A stretch of 64,000 nucleotides of DNA. Source: Blepharisma stoltei ATCC 30299. Taxonomy: Eukaryota; Protista; Ciliophora. Of this stretch, positions 26,539 through 39,800 are shown one piece after another. The notes under the pieces are model-generated. The model saw only the letters and a program-made list of their open reading frames with translations, had not been told where the DNA came from and searched no databases. Every line of letters begins with the position of its first letter. Position 1 is the first letter of the stretch. Location: assembly GCA_965603825.1 (NCBI GenBank), contig CBFDEM010000001.1:124001-188000 (forward strand). Direction: 5' to 3'. Both the position numbers and the translations under genes were made by a program.

Positions 26539-29500
26539 CTAAGCTGAATTTTCAAAACTCTGAAACTTTCTTTGAGATTGGTTAGATAAACTACTGTAGC
26601 TGCTTTTTCTCATAGAAGACATAATATTTCTTTCAGTCCTTTCTTTATTCATTTTATTTATCTGTTCTGCTGATATTTTTCTGCTTAATGAAAATCTAAA
26701 AAAAAGAGCAATACTTGGGGGATCCTCTGTATATAGTAACCCAGGGCAGTATTTTTGTTGAATTAATACACCAGCAACTAATAGAAAAGCCCACCCTCCA
26801 TATTGAAATAAAGCTCATTCCTCTTGCAACCCTAGATTGGCGAACTGATATGTCGAAGAAACCGCTACATTTCAAATAGTAGCTATATATGAAATCCCTA
26901 GTCAAAGATTGCACCTGCTATAATTATATGGTTTTTCCTTTAAAAATGCAAAAATGATAAAGGACATTATTAGCAAAATATATATAAGCCCATACAGTGA
27001 TGGCTGATGGGCTAATAATATATTGTTCAGTACTATTATAATCACCAGGAATACACGCTTTTCAAGCAAAAACGTTGGCCTTACTTGCACATTAGAGTTT
27101 GCACTTATATATTTCCAAAATGGCATCAAATTCATCGCTACAGGTAAGTATAAAACAAACATAATAATCGCAAGAGTTACTAATTTAACGTGATAATCTT
27201 TCCAGCAAAATATGCTACAATCTTCTCCCATAAAGCTATTTGTGATTTCATTTCCTATACTTTGGTCACATTGAAATGTACTTAATAAAGTAAAAATAAT
27301 TGGTGTGTAGCATATATTTCCAAGAAAAGGAATCAATCACTCAGGCAGCTTATTATAAATTTTTCAAAAAATATCTTTAATTTTTCCTTGCCAATTTCAT
27401 AAACTTAGGATGTTAAAGATAATTATAATAAAAGCTAATGCCAAGCTGGAATAAAAATATGTTAAAAATGAGGTTTTAGAAGATTCCCAGTCGAATCGGA
27501 GCATAGAAATATTTACCAGCTGGTTTAAGTGCTTGCTGTAGCCACTAAAATCTGGTCCTAAGTAGAGAAACTGGAGAAAATCAATGAAAATCATAAGATA
27601 AGTCAAAAGATCATCAAATTCAGCTCTTCGTGGTTCTATTAGAGGTTCTAGCTTTACATGGTATCAGAGTTTCCTAACTATAGAAAGAGCAATTAAACTA
27701 CTAATTAGCACACAAGAATCTACAGCATAAAGTACCCTTGCCCCACTAATTGAGAATTTGATAAGTTTTGGGTCAAGGTCACATTCATATTTAATTAAAT
27801 CACTTGGAACATTTGAAGAGTTATCATACCAAATAATATTATCAGTAAAAGTAAACAATTGCTGGCTGCTCAGATCATAAGTTCCAATTTGATAATCAAA
27901 TAAAACGTTGAGTTCTTTATTCCACCTTATATTAAAAATCCCAACGACACTCTTGCTTCTATCATTTGAATTCTTGTCTATTGAGATAGTTCCAGAACAC
28001 CCTAGAAACCTTTGGAGTCTCAAATTTGTGTTCAGAGTTGTAAAGTCTTCAATATTTCCTCCTTGGTCTATTGTATACTTAATCCCATTTAGAAGCAGCA
28101 TAGCAGAGTCAAATGAAAAGCAACGATAATCAGTGAATTCAGAAAATGCCTTAACAAAGCCTGATTTTATTTTTTTGCCATAAGTGCCAACTCATTCAGC
28201 CTGATCCATCGTGACTGTCCCATAGAATAATTCCTGAAGTTTATGTATTTCTAAAGGATCAGACTCATAGAGAAAAGCGTTACTTGGTCTATTATATAAT
28301 ATAAAAATTGCATCTCCTCTGCGAAATCCTGTATTGTATAAATCTTCAATAAAATATAATTGTCAAGGAGGCAGTATTATAAGAAAAATAACCCTTACCC
28401 TTAGCTGCAAAAACTCTTCCATTCAGGGTTTATATGTAGAATAATCACTATGGTTATAATTTTGCTTCACCTTTCTTTTATCAATAGAATTCGCAATTTC
28501 TATCCCAGTTTGATTAATATTTGATAAGAGAAATTGATAAGAAGAGATGTGCCCTGAAAGGTCATCGTACAGAATAATAAATCTTTTCCATTGAAAAATT
28601 GTGAAAAGGTTCAAAATGCCTATAGCGTTATATCGGTTGTCTTTGGTCACCCTCATAAATTCAGGAAAATTTTGTTTACTTGCTAAAGTTTCTGCAGTTG
28701 CGTATTCAGATATGTGAGGAATTGAAATATTTAAAGTCCGCAAGGAAATAATTGCTCCTATTGAAGTAGATGCGTAAGGGGATGCTAAAAGACCAACTCC
28801 AAGTTCATTTTTTAACTTACGAAAACAATTAAGCAAAAATTTTGGACTATAAACTTCAGCGCCACAGTCAGTGTGGGTTACCAAAATTTCAAAGCCGTCT
28901 ATAAAGTTATCCCTTTTTGCACACATTAATGCATATTTAGCTCCTTCTTTAAACTTATCTGAGTATAAACTGTTTGGATAGCCAGGATTGGTGATACCAT
29001 CTGACATAGAAATTGTTAAATTTGTATAAGGCGAGTTTGGTATTAAAGAAGAATTTCCAATAAAAACTGGGGATTCGAGAATAACTAATTCCTGCTCCAA
29101 AATATATCCAATTCTTACTTTTTTATTGTTTTTGGCGTTTAAAACTGTAAAATTTGATATTGGTCGATGGCTTATTGTATTTTTTTCTAAATAATTTCTA
29201 ATTTCACTGGTATCTGAGCACTGATTGCAGCTCAGTGCGAGATTTATTATTTTTTCAACTCCCAAAACCTCATAGCTATAATAATCTTCTGCGTTTTCTA
29301 GGCCACTTTCAACTAATCCAAACAGTCCGTTTTCTGTTGCATTTTGTCAACTTTTACTCCCTAGTATAATCCCAGTACCCAAGCTAAGTAAATTTGCATT
29401 GTTTATACTTTTTAAAAGAAAATTAGCTGTTTCCCCTTTATTCAAAATCACGATATTTTTGCATCCAGTAGGCTTGATTTCTTTTTTAATCAAAATTTCA

Positions 29501-30003
29501 GCAGATTTTTGATCTCCATCACTTGGGAAAAAAAATATTTTAATATCGCTATTGGGAAAATTTCGATCAAGAATTGAAAATTTATAATCAGTAATAAAAA
29601 TTATTCTGTCTCAGCCCAGATAAGAGAAAATTGTTTTAAGTGCATTAATTTGGGCCTCTTCTGATGGATGAGTAAAGAATTCTCAGTCACTAATAAAAGG
29701 AGTTGGCTCTTGTATGGAAATCAGTATTATTTCATTTTCTGAAGCATATTGCTTCATCAAACTAGATAAAGAAAAAGTAGCAGTCAAATCTATTATAATT
29801 TGCGGCATTTCTCCTAAATCAAGCATACTAGATGTAGAGCTTAAATTAGTGAGCCTTGCTTCAACTTCGCTGATAAATTTTTGTTGTAGTGAGTCTGAAA
29901 TTGATAAGACCAACGATATATCGGTATAAGAGCTGTAAAAAATATCAATGAATATTTGGCAATAGACAAAGCTTGTGGAAATGAAATATTTAATGCCTTT
30001 CAT
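26539..30003 (-). CDS. Receptor array copy G, ~1154 aa, frame intact
   Basis: ATG at 30003 (MKGIKYF). ORFs 28423-29265, 27664-28101, 27397-27606 and 26902-27336 are in the same frame; read by hand to TAG 26539-26541. Confidence 0.85.
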
Positions 30004-31003
30004 ATTGATAATTACCAAAATTTTAAATAGTTTGGTTTAAAATAATTTAATTATTAGAATAAGATATTAAATTTTCTTCTTAAATTGTCTGATTAATTAT
30101 CACTCACTTAGCTTTTAGAAAGGAATGAAATCGAATAATAATCATAAAAGTTTTGCAATTTATTTTAAAGTAATGGATAAAATAATTCAAATTCTGAATT
30201 GAGAAGGAACTACTATAGGCTCACAGCAAAAGATTTACAGATAAAGGCAGTTTTTAGCCAAAAAAATTTGAGAAATTCCAAAAGATTACATAAGAGTGGC
30301 AATAAACATAGAGAACTTTAGAAAAAAAAAATTTGTGATTTAGTGAGACCTGGCATATATATAGATAATAAATGGAAACTAAAAGCAATAAAATTTTAGT
30401 TGATTTAGAATTTAAATATATTATTTAAATGTGAAATCAGGATTCAGAAATCTTAGTTCTTAGCTAATATAATAGATAAGTTCCTGAAGGCATTTTAAGG
30501 CTTTTACTGTCCTCTATATATTTTCACTTTCGCTTTCTGCCTAATGACTCTCAATGAATTTACAGCTCAAGAGCATATTATTTATCATTTTTTTGCTGAA
30601 TAAAGGAAATCAGCTCGCCTCATTTAAGATTAGACTTTATATGAATGCTGCTGATAAGAACTCTTGAACCAAAGCATTTAACCCTTTAAATTACGATTTG
30701 ATTTATTGTTTGCTATTAATGATTCTTTATACACTTGAAAACTAAAGCACTAACTGACGAATTAATATATGACCATTTAATTTGCTGAATAATAATTTCG
30801 AAAGGCATATAAAAGGGCATATATCATTTTCAGAATTCTTAAATAAATCATTTATTTAGTTGCAAAATTCTTGTAATAAAATTAGCATTAAAATTCCGCT
30901 TTCCATATAACATTTAAATAGCAGAAAACATGAGCATAATGGTAATAATAAGCAGCGACTTTAAAAAGATAAATTATTAATAACTTTATATAAAAAAATT
31001 GCT

Positions 31004-34000
31004 CTAGACCTCATCAGCTGCCTTTTCATAAATTTGAAGAATCATAGATTGATTAGAAAAACTGCTGAAGCCACTTTTTCTTATAGAAGACATAAGGTGC
31101 CTTGCTGTTTTTTCTTTATTCATTTTATTTATTTGGTCAGCTGGTATTTTTTTGCTTAATGAGAACCTGAAAAATAGAGCGATATTTGGAGGATGTTCTG
31201 AATATAGTAGCCCCGGACAGTATTTTTTCTGTATTAGCACACCAGCAACCAATAGAAATGCCCATCCTAAATATTGGAGCAAGGTTCATTTTTCTAATAA
31301 CTCATTATTGGTGAACTCATATATAGAAGAAATACCCACATTTCAAATAACAGCTATATATGAAATGCATAATCAAAGATTGCATCTGCTATAATTATAC
31401 GGTTTTTCCTTTAAAAATTGTAAGCTGATAAAGGACATTATGAGCAAAATATATATTAGTCCATACAGTGATGGCTGATGGGCCAGTATTGTATTGTTGA
31501 GTACCACTATAATAGCCTGGAATGCACGCTTTTCAAGTAAAAATGTCGGCCTAACCTGCACATTTGAACTTGCAACTGAATAATCCCAAAATGGCTTTAA
31601 ATGCATTGCAACAGGCAAGTATAGAACTAATGTAATAATTGATAGAACTACTAATTTAATATGTGAGTCTTTCCAACAAAATATAGTGCAATCTTCTTCC
31701 ATAAAACTGTCTGTAATTTCATTACCTATGCTTTGGTCACATTGGAATACCCCTAATAAAGTAAAGATTATTGGTGTGTAGCATATATTCCAAAGAAAAG
31801 GGATTATTCATTCAGGCAATTTCTCATAAATATTCAAAAAAAATATCTTATATCTTCCCTGCCATCTTCAAAGACTCTGTATGCTAAAAATAATTATAAT
31901 AAATGAAAATGCCAAGCTTGCATAAAAATAAGATATAAAAGAGTGTTTAGGAGATTCTAAGTCTAATCGAAACATAGAAATCTTCACCAATTTATTTGAG
32001 TATTTATCGTATTCACTAAAATTCGGGCCTAAGAATAAAAACTGGAGGAAATCAATAAAAATAACAAGATATGCCAAGTAGTCTCCAAACTCAGTGGCTC
32101 GCGGCTCTATGAGTTTTTCTATCTTTACATGATATCAGCATTTCCTAATTATTGAAAAAGCAATAAAAATACTAATCAGTGCACAAGAATCCACCGCATA
32201 TAAAACTCTCGCCCCATTCATCGAAAATACCACAATTTTTGGGTCAAAATCACAAGAATAAGTAATTAAATCGCTTGGTACATTTGAGGAATTGTCATAT
32301 CAAATAATATTATCAGTAAAAGTAAACAGCTGCTGACTGCCTAAATCATAAGTTCCTATTTGGTAATCATACAATATATTTGACTCCTTAATCCACCTAA
32401 TATTAAAAATCCCGACGACACTTTTGCTTCTATCATTTGAATTCTTATCGATTGAAATAGTTCCTGAACACCCCAGAAAACGCTGCAGCCTCAAATTTGT
32501 GTTCAAAGTTGTGAAATCTTCAACATTTTCGCCTTGGTCGATTGTATACTTAATTCCGTTTAACAGCAGCATAGCAGAGTCATATGAGAAGCAGCGGTAA
32601 TCAGTGACTTGAGTAAATGCTTTTAAAAAGCCTGATTTTACCTTTTGGCCATAATTGCCAACTCATTCAGCTTGGTCCATCGTGACCGTCCCATAATACA
32701 ATTCCCACAATTTCTGTACTTCTGAAGGATCAGACTCATACACAAAAGCACTGCTTGCTCTATTATATAAAAATAAAATTGCGTCTCCTCTCCTAAAGCC
32801 TGTATTATATAAATCTTCAACAAAATATAATTGAGAAGGGGACAGTATTAAAAGAAAAATAACTCTTGCTCTTAGCTGCAAAAACTCTTCCATCCAGGGT
32901 TTATATGTAGAATAATCACTATGGTTATAATTTTGCTTTACCTTTCTTTTATCAACAGAGTTAACAATCTCAATGCCTGTCTTGTTCACACTTGATAAGA
33001 GAAATTGGTAGGAAGAGACATGCCCAGGAGTATCATCATACAATATAATAAATCTTTTCCATTGAAAAATCGTGAAAAGGTTCAAAACTCCTTCAGCGTT
33101 ATATCGGTTGTCTTTGGTCACCCTCATAAATTCAGGAAAATTTTGTTTGCTTGCTAAAACTTCTGCTGTTGCGTATTCAGATATGTGAGGAATTGAAATA
33201 TTTAAAGCTCGCAGCGAAGCAATATTTCCTAATGCTGTAGGAGCAACAGGAGCTGTTAAAAGGCCAACTCCTAGATTATTTTTTAGCTTCTTAAAACAGC
33301 TAAGAGAAAATTTTGGATTATAAACTTCAGCGCCACAGTCAGTGTGGGTTACCAAAATTTCAAAGCCGTCTATAAATTTATCTCTTTTTGCACACATCAA
33401 TGCATATTTAGCTCCTTCTTTAAACTTATCTGAGTATAAACTATTTGGATAGTCAGGATTTGTGACACCATCTGACATAGAAATTGTTAGGTTTGTATAA
33501 GGCGAGTTTGGGATAAAAGAGGAATTTCCAATAAAAATTGGGGATTCGAGAATAACTAATTCCTGCTCAAAAATATATCCAATTCTTACTTTTTCACTAT
33601 TTTTGACGTTTAAAACTGTAAAATTTGATATTGGTTGATGATTTATTGCACTTTTTTCTAAATAATTTCTAATTTCTTTTGTATCTAAACATTGATTGCA
33701 GCTCAGCACGAGATTCACTAATTTCTCTATCCCTAAAACCTCATAGCTGTAATATTCTTCTGCTTTTTCCAGCCCATTTTCAACTAATCCAAATAACCCA
33801 TTTTCTGTTGCATTTTGTCAACTTTTACTTCCTAGTATAATCCCAGTGCCCAAATTAAGTAAATTTGCATCTGTTATGCTTTTTATTAAATATTTAGCTG
33901 CTTTCCCTTTATTCAAAATTACAATATTCTTACATCCATAAGGCTTGATTTCTTTTTTAATCAAAATTTCAGCAGATTTTTGATCTTCATCACTTGGGAA

Positions 34001-34474
34001 AAAAAATATTCTTTTATTTTTATTTGAAAACTTTTGATCAAGAATTGAAAAATTAGAATCAGTAATAAAAATTATTTTTTCCCAATTCAGATAAGATATG
34101 ATGGCTGCAAGTGCATTAAGTTGGGTCTCTTCCGATGGATGTGTAAAGAATTCTCATTCGTTAAAAGAGGGAGAAGGTTTTTGTATCGAAAAAAGTATTA
34201 TTTCGTTTTGAGAAGCATATTGCTTTATCAAGCTCGATAAAGACAAAGCAAAAGTCAAATCTATTGCAATCTGGGGCATTTCTTCTGAAGTAAGCTGATT
34301 GGGCATTATGCTTAAATTAATAAGCCTAACTTCAACTTGGTTAAAATATTTTTGTTGAAGCGAATCCAAAATTGCTGAAACCAATGAAAAATCAGTATAA
34401 GAGCTGTAAAGTAACTCAATATATATCTGGCAATAGACAAAGCTGGCGAAAAATAAATATTTAATGCTTTTCAT
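31004..34474 (-). CDS. Receptor array copy H, ~1156 aa, frame intact
   Basis: ORFs 34154-34474, 32663-33718, 32300-32572, 31868-32077, 31373-31702 and 31004-31282 share one frame; close paralog of G. Confidence 0.85.
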
Positions 34475-36571
34475 ATTGATAATTAAAGCAATACAGTATT
34501 TAATTAAAATTTATTATTTAATAAAACAATTTCAAGAAATTAATAAAGGAATATATTCAAAGAGCTAAAATTTCTCCTCAAGAGCCTGCTGAATTGGACA
34601 GCTAATTAGTTTTTAAGCTTAAACAGAGCTAAACAGTAATAGTGAAAATTTTATGAATTCCACGAGTAAAAATGGATTGACATTTAGAGTTTCCGATCTA
34701 TCAAAAGCATTTAGTGTAGATAAAAAAATTGTTCTCATTTCATAGTTTTTAATATTTATTATGTTACAATATGCAAGCAGCTTCTGTACACTTATTTTTA
34801 TAACTTATTACTGGCAAATTGCTCTTTTTCTAACTTAAATCCAGCCAATGAGCTTAAATTTTTACACTAGTTTTCTTTTGGCATTTAGGTATTTTGAAGT
34901 TGGGATTGAACAGATTAAGCAAAAGCCAATAAAGTATTACAAATTTCTTTTAGAAATTTTAGTTCTTAGAAGATTTATCAAAACCTTATATATAATTTTT
35001 CTTATTGCTTTAGCCTTTGAAGGTGATTGGATGCAATTGCATCTAAAAATATTCTGACTAATGCAATATGAGGTTTAAGCGTAAACTTTTAATATCAGGT
35101 TAAGCACTTCCATAAGGCCTAAAAGAGCAAGCCTTATCTAGGAAAAATAGTCTTTCAGACTAATCTAAAAAAATTATAGTTATATTCCCGACTGCTATTC
35201 AGAATCTTAATATTAATCTGCTCAAATTCAGCTTGATATAGTCGGAGTAATTGATTAAATTTAATTTAATTTAATATGAATCTTGCTTTTTTATGCTCTA
35301 ATCATTGAATACTTGCTAATAATTTTTTATAATTTTAAGTTTAATCTGGTGATATCTAAAATATTTATGCTGGAGATTATAGCTCAGAAAATTTCCATTT
35401 GTTGACTAAATAATAGAAATTCCAGAATTATTGAGACAGTAAAATAAAATATTCGTAAATTATTAATTTTAGACAAAAATTATTATGTGTAAACTATAAA
35501 ATATGATTCCTCCTTTAAATAACTATCTAGATTTTTTACTCCTATAATTTTTCAATCTTTTTTGAAATGTAAATTTATTTAAAGGACAAGCCTTTATAAT
35601 TTTATATAATTAGCAGAAAATCCGATTATTATATATTAATGATATATCAAATTTTTAATAAAGAAAGACTTTTTGCTGATTTTAAGATTTTTATTTTGAA
35701 AAACAAAATTATTGATTCTGATCATAGCCAAAAGATGAGCATTGGGATCTCGTATTTGCTTTTATCTTAGACATTAATTCTCTGCTGACTTCGAAAAGCA
35801 CAGAAGTTTGAGAAGTCTATTGCTGTCCAGTCTTTATTTAATGCAGTTACAGCTCTTTTATCTGGTTCGAACTTTGGCTCCTCAGTAAAGGCTATGACTA
35901 AGGGCTCCCCGAGAATGCTGGACTTCTTCATTTCACAATACTTTTATATACTTATAAAACAGCATGGCATCTATTATTAAAATTAATCCCAAAGCACGAA
36001 GTACTATAAGTAAACAACCGAACTAATATTTATTATGACTAATAAATAAATAGGGAACCTGCTGGCTCTATATAATTTTTTATTGCTTCCTCTTTATAGC
36101 TTAATTATTAAAAATTCGCTTAATTCTATGAACAAGTTTTAAATTTAAAATTCAATAAACTTCGTCTTGATCGAATTTACACAGTAAATAAATTCTAACA
36201 GACAATTATATTGATAAAAATTATTCTTATATTATTAGATGTTTCAAATAAACAGATTTATAGAGTCTATCAAATTCTTAATCGAAGCTTGCTGAAATAA
36301 AATTCAGAAGCGAATTTCCATTAAACTCAGCATAATCAAGCATCAAATGCTAAAAACACATATAAAAGCTCATAAGCCATCTTATTACCTTAAAATACAG
36401 TTTTTATTCTTAATACTAAAATGGTTGACAAAATTTCAAAATGATTTTGCACCAGAAGCCTAAATAATATCAATAATTATGGTTTTTGCAGCTATAATAG
36501 CCCTTATTGTGGCAGTTCAGGCTGCAGACTTAAATATTACGTGCAATTTGAATTTATGCCCTTCTGGTGTT

Positions 36572-36586
36572 GCAAGAAAAACTTAG
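36572..36586 (+). other. 15-nt intron with GC donor (GCAAGAAAAACTTAG)
   Basis: Removal deletes an in-frame TAG and gives CPSGV-RGDNYC. The paralog has GTAAGATCTATATAG at the same position (56082-56096, minus). A at position 10 in both. Confidence 0.75.
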
Positions 36587-36815
36587 AGAGGCGACAATTA
36601 CTGCGATAAAAGTTGCATGTTCCCTTACTGTGGCTACGACTCTTCTAGCCTAAGTGACCCAAAAACACAGATGTACAGTTCAGACTGCACCTGGGAGTGC
36701 TTATTCTACAACGGGTGTTCTTCCTCTCATCTTGGGGATGGAAACTGTGATTCTGACTGCAACATAAGAGAATGTGGTTATGATTTAGGAGACTGTGGGT
36801 TTTGTGCCAGTGGAT

Positions 36816-36830
36816 GTAAACTCTATTTAG
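36816..36830 (+). other. 15-nt GT-AG intron (GTAAACTCTATTTAG)
   Basis: Removal converts ASGCKLYLGYEFMLG to ASGCYEFMLG, matching neighbouring LNR units (ASGCYYYMIG, ASGCYTSMLG). The same intron is in the paralog at 55838-55852. Confidence 0.85.
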
Positions 36831-39800
36831 GCTATGAATTCATGCTAGGCGGGACTTGTGACACAGCCTGCAACGTTTCTTCTTGCTATTATGATCTAGG
36901 TGCTTGCGATACTTGTGCAGAAAACTGTTCTCAAAATATGATTGGCGATGGATTCTGTGATCCTGAGTGTGACAATAGTAATTGCAACTATGATTTTGGA
37001 GATTGTGAAGGCGAAATTTGTGCTAGTGGGTGCTATTACTATATGATTGGGGATTCTATCTGCCAAAAAGAATGCCATGTCGAATCATGCAACTATGATA
37101 ATTTTGATTGCGACTGCTACCCTGGCTGCACTACAGACCTGCTAGGCGACAGTAAATGCGACTCTGTTTGTAACTCTGAAAGATGCAATTACGATAACTA
37201 TGATTGTGGAGACTGCGCTTCTGGGTGTTATACAAGTATGCTTGGGGATTTGGAATGCAATGAAGAATGCAACAGCAAAAACTGCAACTGAGACTATGGA
37301 GACTGTGGCTGTGCCGATGGGTGTGCCTTATCAGATTATGGGTCCTGCAAGCCTGAGTGTTTAGTTGGAAAATGCGCTTATGATCAGCTTAGTGATGACC
37401 CCGACAAGCGATGCCAAGATTATGCACTGGTTATGTTCGATCTCCGGCAAAACCTGCTCTGGCAAGATTTTAACTTTCTTCCTGGTTACTTCTGATGCGA
37501 AGATGATTCATGGAAATGGGATGAAGCAACTTCGCAATGATATAAGTGTACCGAAGAAATGGCTTTTGATTATTATAGCTGCAATAGTCTTTGTGAAGTA
37601 AAATCCTGCATATATTCGTGACTAAACTGCGTAACTGAGCAGACTTATTATTGTTATGAGGCTGGCTGTGAGTGGTGCTATGGCCCATACTATGGGGAAT
37701 GCTATCAATGCAAAGAAGGCTACTTTCAGTGATATGGGTACTGCAGCTTGGTATGTGAGTATGGCTATGAGCCGCGACAAATTATGGACAGTAATGCTGT
37801 ATGTCTTCCTTTTATAGATACATCGACTCCTGAAAATCCAAAAATCTTTTATGCAACTTCTATCAGGTCTGGGGATACCTCAGGCGGAGAAGGTACATTG
37901 GAGTCACCTTTTGAGACTTTTGCAACAGCTTTGGCCAAGATCCAGCATGCTTATTCTATTCTTTACCTCATCAATGATGGAACTTATGAGTGGGCTTCTG
38001 TGGACCATCTTTATATTATCTCAGATTGGGTTTATGATGAAACTAAGCCACTTAATCATGGCAATCATTATGACACTGGGACATTAAAGTATTTAAAAAT
38101 TGCTAGTCTTGATGGGAGCATAATTACAATTAAAACAGCCCTTGATAAGTGGAATATCCATATAGAAGCTTGAAGCGGTATGCAAATAGAAATAGAAAAC
38201 CTAATTATTGATGGCTATTACACACAGTCGACTTGCAAAGGAACAGAGTACTGCGATTATTGCCCATATGTGGAGCAGCAAATTGATGCATCCTATAAAA
38301 ATGACAGAGGAGAAACAATTTCAAGCAGCGAGTTTCTGCCGTCAAGCTACTGCAAATGGTCAAGCACTGTAAACCTTTTTGGAGTTTATAATGGAGCCTC
38401 ATTGATTTTGACAAATGTGACCTTCCAGAACTGGATACTATGCTATTCTTGAAAGCTGGGGAGGGTCAATCACCTTAACCAATGTAAATTTTGACAATAT
38501 CTATATATACAGCAGTGAAGCCGCAGCTGTTATTACAGTCCACGACTGTGGAGACAGCAGCTATAACTGTGGCTTTATTGACTACACCAATGGGAACGTA
38601 ACAAGGATCAATAACGGCTACGAATATGCCAACCCTATCGATTTCCGAGGCTTCATATATGCAGAAAGGACTGGTTATGTAAGCTTAAAAAACATCAATT
38701 TCATGAACAATTTTGTGTCAATCCAGACCTCCTCATCCTTTACATCCGCATCTCTTATAGCGCTAAAGGTCTTCAGGTACCTTGAAATTGACAATTGCAG
38801 CTTTAATTATAATATCGCTGACACTGGCATTGTGAGCATAGCTTCTAAAGGACTGAGCTTTAAGACTGATATTAATAAAAATAAAGAGCTTATTGACCTA
38901 CTGCTCAATCATGTGTATATACATGATTCTAAATTTACGAAAAATTATGGAAAAAATTATGGGATTCTTTCGGCAAGCTACCAAGGGGAGCTCCAAAATA
39001 TTAAGTTGGAAAATTTGGTTGTGGATTCGAATGGTGTCCAGAGTGGACCATTGATTTATGTGAAAAATAATGAAATTAAACAGGAATATTTAGTAGATAT
39101 TACGAAGCCAGTTACATTGCCATCAGGGCAGAGTACTGCAGCTGTTTATAAAGCGAGGTGGTTCTCGGCAAACTATATTGAGTTCACAAATAATTATCAA
39201 GGAGGAGCAGGGGTGCTAGATGTCATTAATTTGGTTAATTTGGAAATAAATGACATTTTAATAGACTCCAATGGAGCTCCTGCCTCAGAAGGGAAATCAG
39301 TGAACTCCGTCATACTTGGCTATTGAATTGATAGCCCTGATATCTACATTAAATCAAACTATACCGAAGCCAAAACAATTGACTGCATTTCTATGGCTTA
39401 TCTCTCTGGCATAGTCAACGCTTCTATTTTCAACATTAATCTAACAAATAACTACTGCGAAGAAAACTCACCATCTTTTTGGGTCTCCAAAGTAAAAAAC
39501 TGAGGCATTTCTTATCTAAACTGCACAGGAAACCAAGGCTCAGGTGGCAATCCCCTCTGCATTAATGTAGAGGGGAATATGAAGCTGACAGTCTCGAATT
39601 CTGTTTTTTACGATAACATAAACCATTTATCGTCAGGAGTCGGAGCGATCGGTACCACAATTGACCTTTTGAACCTTACAGTCGAAAATTGCATTTTTAA
39701 ATCAAATAGTGCTGGGTATGGTGGAGCTTTATTATTCCAAGAACAATACCTCAATTTGTCAAATCTGCTATTTGAGGCAAATGATTCCCCTACTCAGTTT

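Noticed and set aside
30440-30780. Segment missing from the duplicate at ~44400, considered as another IES
   Set aside because: No terminal direct repeat, and related sequence lies downstream of copy G (~26040-26260). It is ancestral spacer deleted in the duplicate.
34848-35970. Short ORFs between H and the LNR gene (34848-35057; a ~54-codon minus-strand ORF near 35770-35930)
   Set aside because: No recognisable motif or paralog support; part of 34848-35057 is duplicated at 45843 with indels.
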